DNA of 64,000 bases. Source: Chiloscyllium plagiosum. Taxonomy: Eukaryota. Shown in pieces: positions 27,001-41,716 of this stretch; the stretch's first letter is position 1; each line of letters starts with the position of its first letter. Under the pieces are notes generated by a model that worked only from the letters and a program-made list of their open reading frames with translations, did not search any database and was not told where the DNA came from. The position numbers and the translations under genes were made by a program. Location of the stretch: positions 26,825,631 to 26,889,630 of the forward strand of contig NC_057718.1 of assembly GCF_004010195.1 (NCBI RefSeq), in the 5' to 3' direction.

Positions 27001-28500
27001 CACCTTCCCCCCCCTTCCCGCCCCCCACCCATAATAGCTTAAATCCTCCCAAGCAGCTCCAGCAAATCCCCCTGCCAATGTATTAGTCCCCTTCCAATTC
27101 GCATGCAATCCTTCCTTCTTGTACAGGTCACTTCTACCCAAGAGATTCCAAAGATCCAAAAACATGAACCCTTTTCCCGTGCACCAGCTCCTCAGCCACT
27201 CATTCATCAACTCTATCCCCTTATTTCTACCTCCACTAGTTCGTAACACCGGGAGTAATCCAGATATTATTGCCCTAAAGGACTTCCTTTTTAAATTCCT
27301 GCCTAACTTTCTATATTCTCCCTTCAGAATCTCATCCTTTTATCTTCCTATGTCATTAGTTCCAATGTATACGACAATCTCCTGCTGGTCCTTCTCCCCT
27401 CTGAGATCATTCTGCACCCCTCTGAGATATCCTTGATCCTGGCATCAGTGAGGCAACGCACCATTCTGATTTTTCGCTGCTGGTTGCAGAAACATCTGTC
27501 TGTGCCTCTGACTAGAGAGTCCACTATCACAATTGGTCACTTGGAATTTGACATACCCCCTCATTACATTAGAGCCATTCTCAATACCAGAAACTTGGCT
27601 GTCAGTGATACATTCCCCTGAGAGTCCATCACCCCTTACATTTTCCAAAACAGCATACTTTGAGATGGGGATAGCCACAGGAGACCCCTATACGACCTGC
27701 CTACCCCTCCTATCTTTCCTGGATTTAGCCCATCTACCTGACTATATCTGTGGCTTTTTTCCCTTCCTGTAACTGCCATCCATCACACCCCCGAGCTCCT
27801 GTAAATTCCTTATTGCCTCTAACTGCTGCTCCAACCGATCCATGTGATCTGATTGGATTCACAATCAAAGACACTTCCTAGGGACATAATCATTAGTAAC
27901 ATGGAAATTCTCATGAAATAGTAAGATGAAATAGTGCTGTCTTATTGCTATTAAAAAAACACTGTTCCAGGCTAATTTAATAGTTATGGCTTATATCCTT
28001 AAAATTTAATCAAGAGATAGATCTCAATAAAAGTTATAACCAACTTTACTCACTATTGTAGATTTACAACAAGGCTAACTTAGAAACTATGCACCTATCT
28101 GTTCCTGTGCTGTGAGCTCTCCCATACAGGTTCCTTCAAGGGCAGCTATCAATTTTGCTGTTTGTTAATTTTTCCTAGATGCACTCCGATATCCAGAGAT
28201 ACTTGAATTCAAACAGCAAAGACAGTAACTGTACAGATTCGCTGTTGTGTCAGACAGCAGTATGGGTTTCTTTCTCTGACCATGTAGTGACTGCCTTTGT
28301 CTGTCCACCTCCTCTTCTAAAGTGCCGTTGTTTTGATCTTTTCTCCTCCAAAGTTCCAAAACAATGCAAGAACATATAAAACAGTAATTGCTGCTCCTGG
28401 AATTTGAGGAAATCACCTCCAACACCTAAAATTCCTCAAAAAAGGTACAGCTCTAACAGCCACAATTTTTTTCCCATCCTCCACTTTGGATTACCCAGAG
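24068..28500 (-). mobile_element. Near full-length CR1 LINE (5' UTR, ORF1 esterase-like, ORF2 EN+RT), degenerate, inserted in the older LINE
   Basis: Ordered ORF pieces: IVDSLVRGTDRCFC (ORF1 SGNH/esterase-like), WLRDRQDWQFNVPG, KSCLMNMIEFFEEV and RFWSPSYQK. The flanking LINE resumes at 28500. Confidence 0.95.
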
Positions 28501-29530
28501 TCTGACCTGCTCTTTTAATCAGTGTTTATGTGGTGATTCCAGTTGAGTTTCTGGTCAATGATAACCCCCAGGACGTCAATAGTGGGGAATTCAATGATAT
28601 TGAATGTCATGGAGCAGTGGTTCGATTGGCTCTTATTGGTGATGATATGACCTGCAGGAAATTGGATGTCCCGAGGCCAGGGTGTGATGCTTCTGACTTA
28701 TAGGTAGATTGCAAGGAATTTACATTCCTATCCCTTGCCATTCAGAGCTATTTACATGGCCACCTCCTATTATTCAGAGATAATTTACATGTGCATTATC
28801 ATCCTATTCAAAATCAATAAGAACATTACAGTTGGAAGTTTGACTATTTTGTTTAGTTATAAAAAAAATGATTTACAACAGATTTGACCATTAAGGGGTC
28901 ATTTGCATTATATTGTTTCTGGAAATGATGTGGTCACTGCATTGTGTCTTGAGGGGCATGAGACTGTGAGGGAGTAACTGGGGGTTGTCTTGTGGTCATT
29001 ACTGACTTTGCAAGCATGGTGAGGAGTATTAAGAGTTTCTCCAAAGTTTGTACTGTGCTTAACAAAGTTTTGGTTGTTCACAGAAGTTGGCGTGTTGCAG
29101 TTGCATCAAGTGTGTAAGAATCTCAGGAAAAAGGAACCTAACAATGGTCATAGCCTGGCATTAGTGTGGCGCAAATGTTACTTTTCTTGTCAGCCCAAGC
29201 CTGGATATTGTCCAGATATTGTTGCATTTGGACATGGATTGTTTTAGTACCTGAGAAGTCGCAAATGGTGCTGAACATTGTGCAATCATCGATGAACATC
29301 CCCACTTCTGACCTTATGACGAAGAGAAGGTCATTGATGAAGTAGCTGAAGATGGTTGGGTCGAGGACATTACCCTGAGGAACTCCTGCAGAGATGTCCT
29401 GGAGCTAAGATAACTAATCTCCAACAATCATAACCATCTTGCTATACGCTAGATATGACTCCAAGCAGCACAGAATTTGCCCCCGATACCCACTGATTCC
29501 AGTTTTGATAGAGCTTCTTGATGCCACACT

Positions 29531-29765
29531 CATAGAACATAGAACATTACAGCGCAGTACAGGCCCTTCGGCCCTCAATGTTGCGCTGCCCTGTCATACT
29601 AATCTGAAGCCCATCCCACCTACACTATTCCATGTACGTCCATTTGCCTGTCCAATTACGACTTAAATGCACTTAAACTTGGCAAATCTACTACCGTTGC
29701 AGGCAAAGCATTCTATACCCTTTCTACTCTCTGAGTAAAGAAACTACCTCTGACATCTGTCTTAT
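29531..29765 (-). mobile_element. CR1 3' end of another subfamily
   Basis: (catagaa)n tail and tacaggcccttcggccc; possible short TSD acact. Confidence 0.85.
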
Positions 29766-32164
29766 ACACTAGTGTCGATACAATGGAGATTATTCTCAAC
29801 GTGAAGGCAGGACTTTGTCTCCGTAAGGACTGTGTGCTGTAACTCTTCCACTGTCATGGACAGATGCATCTGCAATTGGCAGATTGGTAAGGATGAACCT
29901 AAGTATGTTTCGCGCTTCCCCCCAAGCTGGTTCCCCCACCATCTCCCATAGACCCAGTCCAGCAGCTATGTCCTTAAGACCCAACCAGCTCGATTAGTAG
30001 TATTGCTGCTGAGCCACTCTTGATGATGAACATTGAAATTCCCCACCCAGGGTACATTGTGTGATCTTGCCATCCTCAGTGCTTTCTCTAAGTGTTGTTC
30101 AAAATGGAGGAATAAAATCTCCTATTGAATGGTCACTGCCTGGCATCTGTGTATGTGGCACAAATGTTACTTGTTTTTGAATCTGTTCATCTTTTCTGTA
30201 ATTTCATGACTGAAACTCTTCAATCAGCTTTCCACTCCATTACAGCATATCCAAAGCTACAGACTGCCCTGTTTGGCTCCATCTTGCCTACCAAAATGTG
30301 CTAAAGAATATTCTAATGGCTTTTCTTCCTGTTCCTAAATCAATACCTCTGTAACCTCACAAGCATCAATGTTAGGTCAACTACGTGCTGTCCTTCAGCA
30401 ACATCAGAGAACATGGTTTAACTTCAATATATGTGTTGACAACATCCAGCTCCACCTGTCAGCCTGTTTGATCATTATCCTGCCTTGGGTGAACTGTAAT
30501 TTCCTCCAATTAAAACATTGGTAATCCAAATCCAAATGTTTTCAGATCCACAATAAATTCCATTCCTTTTTCACTGAGTCCATTGACTTTCCCTGGTATT
30601 ACTCAGGCAAAACCAAACTATTCAAATTTCTGAACTGAACTTCCTCGATATATCTCACACTTTTATCACAATTTGATGTTATAATTGGATAACATACCTG
30701 TTTCCAGCCCTGCCTACCTGCTACAGAAATCCACATACATGTTGCTCAGATTTATAATGACCACAGAATTCCGAAGATGCTTCAAGCCGATGAAGTGCAT
30801 TTAAAGAGTTGATACTGTTGCAGTGTAGTCAATGAAAGCAGACAATTTGAACACATTCATCTCTCATAAACCTTAACAGAGAAAGATAGGGATAGGGATA
30901 GGTAGGCACATAAATAGAATTTGTCAAATAATTTGTTTTTTGATATTATTAAGGGATAAAAATGACGAACAGCAGTGGACCCAACACCGACCCTTGCGGT
31001 ACGCCGCAAGTAACTCGGTCAAATGCAGTCTTGATGTTAAGCGCTGTCACTCTCAGCTCACCTCTGGAATGCAGTACTTTTGTCCATGTTTGAACCAAGG
31101 CTGTACTGAGGTCCAGAGCTGACTGGCCCTGGCAGAAACCAAACTGAGCATCACTGACCAGGTTTGCTGAGCAGATACTGCTTGTTAGCACTACTGATGA
31201 CACCTTCTATCGCTTAGACAGATGGGGCAGTAACTGTCCTGCTTTTTATATACAGAATATACTTGTGCAATTTTTCACAATGTCAGGTAGATGCCACTAT
31301 TGTAACTGTACTAGAACAGTTTGGCTGGGGGAGCGGCAAGTTCTGGAGCACGTCTTCAGTACTATTGCCCAAATGTTGTCAAGACCTGTAGCCTTTGCAG
31401 TATCCAGTGTCTCCAAATACATCTTTGATATCATGTGGAGTGAATTGAATTGGCTGAAGACTGGTATCTGTAATCCAATGCCAATATTTTTAAAAAAACT
31501 GGGAAGAAACACACCATTCTGCTTTTACGCTGCTAGCCACAGAAACGTCTGTCTGTACCTCGAACTAGAGAATCCCCTAACACAATTTATCTCTTGGAAG
31601 CTGACGGACCCCTCGTTGCATTAGAGCCAGTCTCCATACCAGAAACTTGGCTGTTCGTGCTACGTTCCCCTGAGAATTCATCACCCCTACATTTTCAAAA
31701 CAGCATACCTGTTGAAATGGGTATGGAGACTCCTGCACTAGCTGCCTGCTCTCTTACCTTTCCTGGAGTTAACCCATCTATGTGACTGTATCTGAGACTT
31801 TCCCCCCTTCCTATAACTGCCGTCCATCACATACTGTTGCTGTTGCAGATTCCTCATTGCTTCTAACTGTCCCTCCAACCAATCCATTTGATCTGATAAG
31901 GTTCGCAGCAAACAGCACTTATGGCAGATATAATCCACAGTAAACCTTAAACTCTCTTTAAACTCCCACATCTGACAAGAAGTACATATCTACTGAAGGA
32001 CATTTTTGCTCCTTCACAATCTACAGACCCAGAAAATAACACCATCTTATTCCTCTACAAACACTGCCCCAGGTTAAATTAATAGTAATGGCTTATATTT
32101 TAAGTTTAATCAAGAGACATATCTCCAAAAACATATAATCAAAAAAGAACCCACTCTGTGAATA

Positions 32165-32328
32165 NNNNNNNNNNNNNNNNNNNNNNNNNNNNNNNNNNNN
32201 NNNNNNNNNNNNNNNNNNNNNNNNNNNNNNNNNNNNNNNNNNNNNNNNNNNNNNNNNNNNNNNNNNNNNNNNNNNNNNNNNNNNNNNNNNNNNNNNNNNN
32301 NNNNNNNNNNNNNNNNNNNNNNNNNNNN
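32165..32328. other. Assembly gap (164 N)
   Basis: Run of N. Confidence 1.
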
Positions 32329-33559
32329 TTTGTGGAGGGCAGGTCGTGCCTCACAAACCTTATTGAATTCTTTGAAAAGGTGACGAAGGAGGTTGATGAG
32401 GGGATAGCGGTAGATGTGGTATATATGGATTTTAGTAAGGCGTTTGATAAGGTTCCCCATGGTAGGCTACTGCAGAAAATACGGAGATATGGCATTGAGG
32501 GTGAGTTGGAGGTTTGGATTAGGAATTGGCTGGATGGAAGAAGACAGAGGGTAGTAGTTGATGGCAAATGTTCATCTTGGAGTGCCGTCACTAGCGGTGT
32601 TCCGCAAGGATCTGTTTTGGGACCATTGCTGTTTGTCATTTTTATAAATGACCTGGAGGAGGGGTTAGAAGGTTTGGTGAGCAAGTTTGCGGATGATACG
32701 AAAGTTGGTGGAGTTGTTGACAGTGAGGAAGGATGTGGCAGGTTACAGCAGGATATAGAGAAGCTGCTGAGCTGGGCAGAAAGGTGGCAAATGGAGTTCA
32801 ATGTGGGTAAGTGTGAGGTGATTCACTTTGGTAAGAGTAACAAAAAGACGGGGTGCTGGGCTAATGGTCGGATACTTGGTAGTGTGGATGAGCAAGGGAT
32901 CTTGGTGTCCATGTACACAGATCTCTGAAAGTTGCCACCCAGGTAAATAGTGCGGTGAAGAAGGCATATGGCGTACTGGCTTTTATTGGTAGAGGAATTG
33001 AGTTCCGGAGCCCTGAGGTCATGTTGCAGTTGTATAAGACTCTGGTGTGGCCGCATCTGGAGTATTGTGTACAGTTTTGGTCACCATACTATAGGAAGGA
33101 TGTGGAGGCACTGGAACGGGTGCAGAGGAGGTTTACCAGGATGTTGCCTGGTATTGTATGAGGAAAGGCTGAGGCACTTGGGGCTGTTTTCATTGGAGAA
33201 TAGAAGGTTTAGGGGTGACTTGATAGAGGTGTACAAGATGATTAGGGGTTTAGATAGGGTTGACCATGAGAACCTTTTTCCACGTATGGAGTCAGCTATT
33301 ACGAGGGGGCATAGCTTTAAATTAAGGGGTGGTAGGTATAGGACAGATGTTAGGGGTAGATTCTTTACTCAGCGAGTCGTGAGTTCATGGAATGCTCTGC
33401 CAGTAGCAGTGGTGGACTCTCCCTCTTTATGGGCATTTAAACAGGCATTGGATAGGCCAATGGAGGATAGTGGGCTAGTGTAGATTAGGTGGGCTTGGAT
33501 CGGCGCAACATCGAGGGCCAAAGGGCCTGTACTGCGCTGTATTTTTCTATGTTCTATGT
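32329..33559 (+). mobile_element. Young CR1 LINE RT and 3' end; 5' part lost in the gap
   Basis: Well-preserved RT (SCLTNLIEFF, YMDFSKAFDKV, GVPQGSVLGP, KFADDTK) with about 2 frameshifts; (ttctatg)n tail. Confidence 0.97.
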
Positions 33560-35669
33560 ACTCACTACTGCAGATTCTCTGTAGGCCACACTTAAAACAA
33601 CGACTAACTTATCTGATTCTGTGCTGTGAACTTGGCCCAACAGTTCCTCCATGATCAGTTGTGAATTTCACTATTTGATAATTTTCCCAGATGCTCTCCG
33701 ATGTCCAGTGATACATGAATTCAAACAACAAAGGCAGTAACTGTGCAGGTTCGCTTTCCTCTCCTGCACTGTCCTCACCATGTGCTTCCTTTGTCCGTTC
33801 TTCTCCCTTTTAAAACTGCTATTGTTTTGACTTTTTTTTCCCAAAGTTCCAAAACAATGAAACAGTAATTACTGCTCCTGCAATTCGAGGAAATCACCTC
33901 CAGCACCTAAAATACCTCAAAAAAGGAGCAGCTGTTACAGCCAGATTTTTTTCCAGTCCTCCATTCTACTGAATACTTTCCTTTTTGGGGGTATGTGATG
34001 GTTTTGTCTTTACATACTACTTCCTATTGTTTGTCTGCAAGTTTACCCATAAAAGATTCAACTCAGTTTATTGGGATCAATTTATTCCTCATCCATTCAA
34101 TCCTGTTCTGATTTTCTGATTCTATAAAGCTCACTAGCTTCAATTTAAAATCTTCATTTCCTACTCAGCCAAAGTGTCAATTTCAATAATATTATGTCTT
34201 CAAAAGAGTTACATTGTTTTCATTACTCACTGCCAATGCAGTACAGTCTGTTCCCTTGTGGATTCTAAAACTGTCACAACATCTTTGTATTTCATTGCCA
34301 TTACTACTCAAGTTGTATGCTTGCCCATTATAAACATTAATATCTCCCACTTATCCACGTTGCTTTTGCTCTGTACTTCCCTAATGTCAGTACAGTTGGT
34401 TCTGATATAACATGATCTTTCATTTCTAACAGATGAGAATAAAACTAAGAGTGGACCAAGGTTTCGCAGAAGGAATGGTCCCTGCAGAAGACTGGCAACG
34501 GAAGGGAGGGGAATATGGGTCTGGTAGTGGCATCTCACTCGGCGTGACTTTTCCTTCACCTTTACTGAAATCTTTTCCAATCCATGGCTGTGGTAATGTT
34601 ACTATGTTTATCACCAATGTTACTACTACACCTTCTTTCCCTATCTCACCATTCTTTGTAAAGGATTGTTAGAAATTGAAAATATGGTCAGTATCAGATT
34701 CAAAGAGGAAAGGAACAAGTTAGTGCTGCTGTAAGCATTGTTTTAATAGAATCTGTTTGTGGTTTTGCTTTGTGAAATAAAGTATCCCTAAGTAATGGCA
34801 GTCAGACTGAGTGAGAGCTTTTTTTTTAAATTCATTCACAGGATGAAGGTGTCACTGGCCAGGCCTGGACTTATTGCTCATCCCCTAATTGCCCAGAGGG
34901 CAGCAATTAAAAAAGTCAACCACAGCACTAAAGGACATTAGTGAACCAGATGGGTTTTTCCTGACAATCGATTTATGGTCATTAGTAGACTATTCCAAAT
35001 ATTTATTGAATGCAAATTCCACCATCTGTTGTGGGAGGATTCAAACCCAGGTCCACACAACATTACCTGAGTCCAGCAATAATACCATTAGATCATTGCC
35101 TCCCCTACTATCCAGAAGTGCTCTGACACACAACTGAACTCTTCTCCCCATCACCAAATCATATGGTATTTTTTCTTCTATTAAAAACCACCAGTAAACA
35201 TCCATGTTTTCCAATTGATTAATTTACATGCAAAGCCCGTTAAAGGCAACGCAGACCACTAAAGTTGAAGGGGAGGTAAGGAGAGAGGGAAGGGGCTCAA
35301 TCAAAATGCAGCTGGAAGGGAAGATAAGCACTCTATACCCAACAGTACTCACCTTTTTCTAAAGACAATGAAAGTATTGGTGGACACTCCAGGCACAAAC
35401 ACAGCCACGGAAAAGGGGCAAGCAGTCAGCAGCTCCCTCCTCAATGCCCATTGCCTGCACCTGTTAAAGGCCAACTTGGCCAGGTTCAGGACCAGAATCC
35501 ACCAACATACAAACATTTATTCTCGCCAGATGTCCAAAAATTAAGAGTGTGGGGTTGAAGTGTGACTGAAGTTACAACAGAATATTCTTCAAATAAAGTA
35601 AAAAGAGGATGCAACTGTCCACAACCAATATATATATGGTCCATGGAATTCACAACTCCACAAAATAAA

Positions 35670-35778
35670 TAGAAAACAAAAATGCTGGCAATCACAGGGG
35701 GTCAGGCAACATCAATGAAGAGAAAGCAAGCTAACGTTTCGTGTCCAGGTGGCTCTGCTGTGATCTCCAGCATTTTTG
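35670..35778. mobile_element. Small degenerate pLTR fold-back
   Basis: aaaatgctggcaatcacag...aacgtttcg...ctgtgatctccagcattttt forms an imperfect inverted repeat. Confidence 0.55.
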
Positions 35779-37767
35779 TAGTAGTAATTTGTCCCATAAA
35801 ATAAATTGTCCCAGCAGTAATTTGTCCCATAAAATAAATTGTTGGGTTGGGAGTCCGTGAAACACCGCAATCTGTAGTTACACAGGATTACTGAGTGCAA
35901 CACTCTCCACCCCAAATTCCCAATAGAAAATGAGAGGACTTCTGCCTAGATGGCCCTCCACTGGGACCCTCATCACCTAGTGGTAAAAAAACATGCCAAA
36001 GAATGTCCAGGTAATGAATGAAGGAATAGAAATGAATGGTGTACAGCCCAGTATGTACAAAATTGCCTCACCAGTCAGAAGGACACAAGGGCATTTCAAT
36101 GAGAAGGCTCAGGTTGCCGGTGAGAGCATGAAAGTGAATCAGGAACCAGGGGTTGATGTGGAATTCCCTCTCAGCAGTGGTCCGTGCTGATGGGATCCCA
36201 CTGTACACCTAAGCATTATTCAACTGATGTGCAACATCAGGTCCAAACACTAACATTTTAAGGCAATGTACAGCATTGGTTATGAGCTGGACATCCACCG
36301 TCATCCTATTTGCCAATTCCTGCTGCAACATCCAGCCCAGGCCACTCCACCCAACACGTTTCCAATTCTGATCACCACCCACGTCCGTGGCCCTCTCTTC
36401 TGCCAGCCATCTGATCCAGTGATGGTGGAGGAGTGGAAATCTGACGATAATTGTTACTCCTGACAGCAGGCATTTTGAACTGACCATATTTTAATCATTG
36501 ACATGTGCTGGTAAGAGACAGACAAGTGTCCTGAGGGAGACTTGAAGACCCTCATGGTCTATGAACAGAGACTGCAAGTTAGAGTTGAGGTTACGCATTC
36601 AGTGAAAAAAATACGCTACATCATCTGCATGGAGGTTTGGTGCAAAAGGTATCACTGCAGGATCTGTGAACAAAAAGTCGCTACTGGGGTGGGGAGGCAC
36701 AACAGCGACTGTCTGCCCTCCTCAATGAGCCGCACCAGGAATTTCTAAAAAATAAAGTGTCAACCTGGTGATGCTAACAAACAGGATTAATACCATGGTA
36801 AACAGCATCAAGTAGCAAGTGACAGAGCGAAGTGATCTCACAATGAACAGATCAGATCTAAGCTCTGCAGTCAGTAACTTATTCCTGACACCCCAGAGCC
36901 TGTCTATCATCCATAATGTGGAAATCAAGACTTCCCACTTGCCTGGATGGGTACAGCTCCAACAACACTCAAGAAGCTTGACACCATCCAGGACAAAGCA
37001 GCCCATTTGGTTGCATCAGATCTACAAAATTCACTCCCTCCACCACCATACCTCAGTCACAGCAGTCTATCGACAAGATGTGCTGCAGAAATTCACCAAA
37101 GGTCCTTCGGCAGCACCCCACAAACCCCTAACCAATTCCATCTAGAAGGACAAGGGCAGCAGAAACATGGGGACACCACAACCTGCACGTTTCCCTCCAA
37201 GCCATTCACTATCATGATTTGGAAATATATTGCCATTCGTTCGCTGTCGCTGGGTCAAAATCCTGGAACTCTCTCCCTAATGGCATTGTGGGTCAACCAA
37301 CAGCAGGTGGAGTGCAGTGGTTCAAGAAGGCAATCCACTACTAACACCTTCTCAGGGGCATCTAGAGATGGGAAATAATGGCTGACTAGCCCACATTCCA
37401 TAAGTGAAAAAAAACTCCATCAAATCTGTGTAGCGATTGAGTGCATCTTCTTGTCCCAGAAGAAAGAATAGAGGCATAGAATACATAAGCAAGGAGTTTA
37501 TGTTGAAATACTGCTTAGGCCCCAGCTCGAGTATTGTGGCCAGTTCTGGGCACCATGTAGGATGGCCAAGTAGCGGGTGAAGATGGGAAAATGAAGAGTA
37601 TGCAGCAATAGCCCATTCAGGAAACATTTCCATGCTGTTCAAATGGGCACAGGTAGGATTTGCCCAAGATTGCTAAGTTCCTTTAAATTCCTTCCTTGCT
37701 GTCTATCTTGAAGTTGATTAACTTTAGTACAATTTCCCTTTGAATAATAGTATTCAAAACTTGAAGA

Positions 37768-38012
37768 TTTAAGGGGCAACTTTTTCACACAAAGGATGGG
37801 ACGTGTATGGAATTAGCTGCCAGAGGAAGGGATGGAGACTGGTAAAATTGCAACATTTAAAAGGCATTTGGATGGGTATATGAATAGAAAGGGTTTGGAG
37901 AGATATGGGCCGGGTGCTGGCAGGTGGGTCTAGATTGGGTTGGGATGTCTGGTTGGCATGGACGGGTTGGACCGAAGGGTCTGTTTCCATGCTGTACATC
38001 TCTATGACTCTA
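37768..38012 (+). mobile_element. CR1 3' end
   Basis: ggggcaactttttcacaca...ctctatgactcta. Confidence 0.92.
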
Positions 38013-38789
38013 CCTGATTTCTGTAAATTTAACTCTTCTTGAAGTGAAGAACTGCTCAACTACCTAATTAGGATTGGAACACCTACTTGGTTTTACTCAT
38101 TCACAGGATGTGGGCATCGCTGATAAGGCTAGCAATTATTGTTCATCCCTAATTGTCCTTAGAAGATGCTGGTGAGTTATCTTCATGATCCACTGTAGAA
38201 GATACTCGCATGGTGATGTTAGGTAGTAATTCCAGGATTTTGACCTAGCAATGCTATAATTCTAAATTCGGATGGTGAAGGAGGAGGAGAATTTGTAGGT
38301 GCTGATATTCCAATGCACATGCTTCTAGAGGTATGATTAGTAGAGAGGCCAATAAATTTAAGGTAAGATGTCGAAGGCGAACAAGAAATTTAAGAAGTTT
38401 TCTCATCCAGAGGATGGTGGGAGTCTGGAACTCACTGCCTGAAAGGTTGAATAAGAAAAATCTCAAAACACTTAATCAGTATTTAAATATTCACCTATGT
38501 TGTTTAGCCTCCAGAGCTATAGACCAAATAGTTGAAAATAGAATTAATATCATCAGATCTTTGTTGAGCAGCATGGTCACACTAGCCTTTCTGTGCTGTA
38601 AACGTCTACGTCATCAATCATATGAGGACCTATTTATGCATACCTTGGTTGCTTGGCAGAAAGCAATCTTCTATCCATATTAGTATGTTACCCCTGAACA
38701 TATGTGCTTCTACTTTGCACAATATTCTTTTATTTGGAAACTTATCAAATACCTATTGAAAATTCAAGTACTGTATATTAACACCTTCA

Positions 38790-39365
38790 AAAAACTGCAA
38801 TTAACTGGTTAAATAGACATTCCTACCGGCACACAAATACACAGATTAGCCAAGGAACTACACTGCAGATTGAAACACTTCATCGCAGGCTCAAAATACT
38901 CCATCCATTCAACACAGGAATTGCTCAACAACATCAACAAAGGTGAAATTATGGTCTCATTTGACACTACAGCGCTGTTCACCTCTATCAATATAACACG
39001 AGCAAAGGAAACGCTGGCCGCATTTTTAAACAAACCGACAAAAAAACTAGCAGCAAAGGTAATATTATAAAACTACTGAACCTATGCCTGACCTCACATT
39101 TCATCTTTAATGACCAGGTATACAAACAAATCAATGGGACCCCCATAGGCTCACCCATCTCTGGGCTCATTGCTGAATCAGTAATGCAAATTCTAGAAAG
39201 CACACCTCTCCACCAGATCCAACCCAAACTATGGATCAGACACGTAGATGATACCTTTATTATCATTAAATGGTCCAAGTTGGAAAGTGTACACCACCTC
39301 ATCAATAGCATACTCACTGCGATCAAATTCACCAGAGAAGAAGAGAACAATAACCAACTCCTACA
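38790..39365 (+). mobile_element. Penelope/Poseidon-type PLE reverse transcriptase fragment
   Basis: IMVSFDTTALFTSI, YKQINGTPIGSPISG, KLWIRHVDDTF and IKFTREEENNNQL. Confidence 0.9.
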
Positions 39366-41550
39366 CACATCTTTGAGATATGACCATCTCTTAATATTAT
39401 CCATTGACTACTGGCCCTATAGCTTTATCATGCTAACCATCATGCTGCACTATTTCCCCACTAAAACCAGGGTGGTTGTGACTGTCCATGAAAACCCACC
39501 CTTCCCCAACATCATCTATACTGTCTCCCCATTGAATCTAGAGTGCTTGTGATTGATGATCCTCCACCTCCCCCATAACTCCTCATATTCCCCCATTTTA
39601 AATTTCTCCCTTCATACTTATTGTCCGCTCTGCATCCCTGAATGCTGCTTTGAGTTTCTCAGATTGACTTCCCTACCAGAGCAGTGGCCCCAGATTCCCT
39701 GATAACCCCATTTGACTTCAATTGAGCTGACTCCCAGGAGTGACTTGACTGAACTTGGACACCCCGACTGATGGCTGAACAGACCCATAACTGATTTTTG
39801 TAGAGTTCCCTAAATGATTGACCCCGGTTCCCCTGGCTGGTCCCACTACACTTGTAGAACTGACAGTGGCCCATCCTCTAAACTGTAATCATACCAGCCT
39901 GGATGCTCCAAGCGACCAACTGACAATGCACAAGCCCCTGTACTGAAACTGAACAATGTCACTGATATACTGAAGGCTGTGGCCTTTGGCCTGATTGAAC
40001 AGGACTCCCCTTAGACATTGAGACATGCCATTTGGTTGAAGCACAAGCAATGTGTTTCATGGCGGTGCAGTTGTGAAAATTAACATAGTATGGTCTTTCA
40101 CAGCAACATGTCCACCCTTGACTACTCACAGTTGACAAAGACAACTGCCCTTTGAGCTTGCACTAAAAGGCAAGGCAAAACTATTGTGAGCCTATAAGTT
40201 CTGGCTGAGGGAACAAAGTCCACAAAGCCGAGGCAAGGCAGAGATGCTGTGAGGATCCAAGTAGATGCAGAATGAGTAAGCACTAAAGGCAAGCAAGGAC
40301 ACCTAAGGTGCAACCTGGTCAAATCCATGAGACTGATGTCTGTGCCCCTGTGCGTAAACTGCCCGGACAAGAACAGGACAATGATAAGTGTGACTGCACT
40401 CACAATAGCAGCAATGAAGCACAGACTTTTAATGTATTTGGATCAGAGGAATGTCGTGACGATTCACTGAGGTAGGTGTGTGTGTGCGTATATGTTCGTA
40501 TGTGTATGGCCATGACATGAGACATTGAGAACTGCTGTCCAGGATGGAGATCCAGAGGTGCCAGTAGTGTTTTGGAGTCTCCAGGTTCCCACTCTGATTT
40601 TCATAGTTTCTATCTGGCACAAGAGACAATGGGAAATTACATAGCATGAGAATAGGTGCTAATGATATGTAAATATATGCAAATTAATGCAGAAAGGTAT
40701 CTTGTTGTTCATTAATGAAATTCTCATCATGCCATTCAAAACTTGGTTGCAGAATCTGAATTTTTCTCAATGTTAAGAACCTTATTTCTGCCAAATCATT
40801 TTATCAACTGACTTGTCAGTGTCATACAATTCACAGAGTGAAGGTTCTGCCTATAGTCCGTAATTAATTACTGATACATTGAAGTCTTAAATAATAGAGT
40901 TTGTTTTGTTAAAACAGTTTGTTTGACACAAAAGCTAAAGGAGGCTGGAAATGCAAGTTCTGAGAATGTAATTCAGTAACTGTCTGGAAAATTCCTGTGT
41001 GGATCATATTCAGTTCTGAGAGAGAGGCCAAGAAACTTAATACCTGGAGGGTGACAAGGATGTTCAAAGATACAAATGAACAGTTGTGATGCAAAAACTA
41101 ATCTGTATTCTCCTGTGATTGTCGGGATAATGGCGGCCAATTACCACCTTAGCAGAAACCATCTCCTGAGTTCTATCCCAGTCTGTTGACGTGATAGTAG
41201 ATAAAAGAAAGCAGTTCTGAGCAACAGACATGTTCATGTTTTCCCCTTCCAGGAATATACAAGAGAGAGGATTTTTTTAAAAAATCATCTGCAAGTTATT
41301 CTCAACATGTTGTTCTGTTTTAGTTTTATGGTGCTGGTGTGCTGCTCCAAAAGGTCAAAGAAGAACACCCAATAGGTATCCCTGCATTTGACAGTAAAGG
41401 AAAAAGTCTCTTTCACTGATAATCGGAAGCAAGTCACAAGCTAACCCAAGAATGTCTGGTCAAATTGGTTCCTTGTAAAACATAAATACTTTGGAAACAA
41501 AAACAGTAATTACTGGGGAAGTTCAGCAGGTCTGGCAGCATCTGTGGAGA

Positions 41551-41716
41551 GAAGAGAGTGTGGCGCTGGAAAAGCACAACAGGTCAGGCAGCATCCGGGC
41601 TTCCAAATGAAGGGCTTATGCCCGAAACATTGGTTGTTCTGCTCCCCGAATGCTGCCTGACCTGCTGTGCTTTTCCAGACTCTGATCTCCAGCATCTGCA
41701 GTCCTCGCTTTCGCCT
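41551..41716 (+). mobile_element. Short fold-back PLE-derived element nested in an older pLTR (about 41495-41770); 10-bp TSD
   Basis: TSD tctgtggaga at 41541-41550 and 41717-41726; decayed core ccaaatgaagggcttatgcccgaaacat. Confidence 0.82.

Larger units (their letters stand above)
31480..33965 (-). mobile_element. CR1 5' portion (5' UTR/ORF1), split by a younger plus-strand CR1
   Basis: ORF 31738-31971 (MWEFKES..YICHKC zinc motif) and 33560-33965 match the 5' ends at 27.5-28.5 kb and 53.4-54.45 kb. Confidence 0.88.

Noticed and set aside
34426..34672. Overlapping 60-90 aa ORFs
   Set aside because: About 34480-34540 is a PLE fragment, and there are no clear splice sites for the rest.
35353..35460. 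Possible minus-strand exon (taacag|...AAG|gtgagt)
   Set aside because: Weak pyrimidine tract and a stop in the ATG frame; cannot be supported without RNA data.
35783..35842. Two 27-bp direct repeats
   Set aside because: Simple local duplication with a 6-bp spacer; not a CRISPR array (eukaryotic DNA, two units, no cas genes).
35990..36780. Possible further Harbinger/Myb remnants (also 39.4-40.85 kb)
   Set aside because: Only vague motif resemblance; too decayed to call without a profile search.
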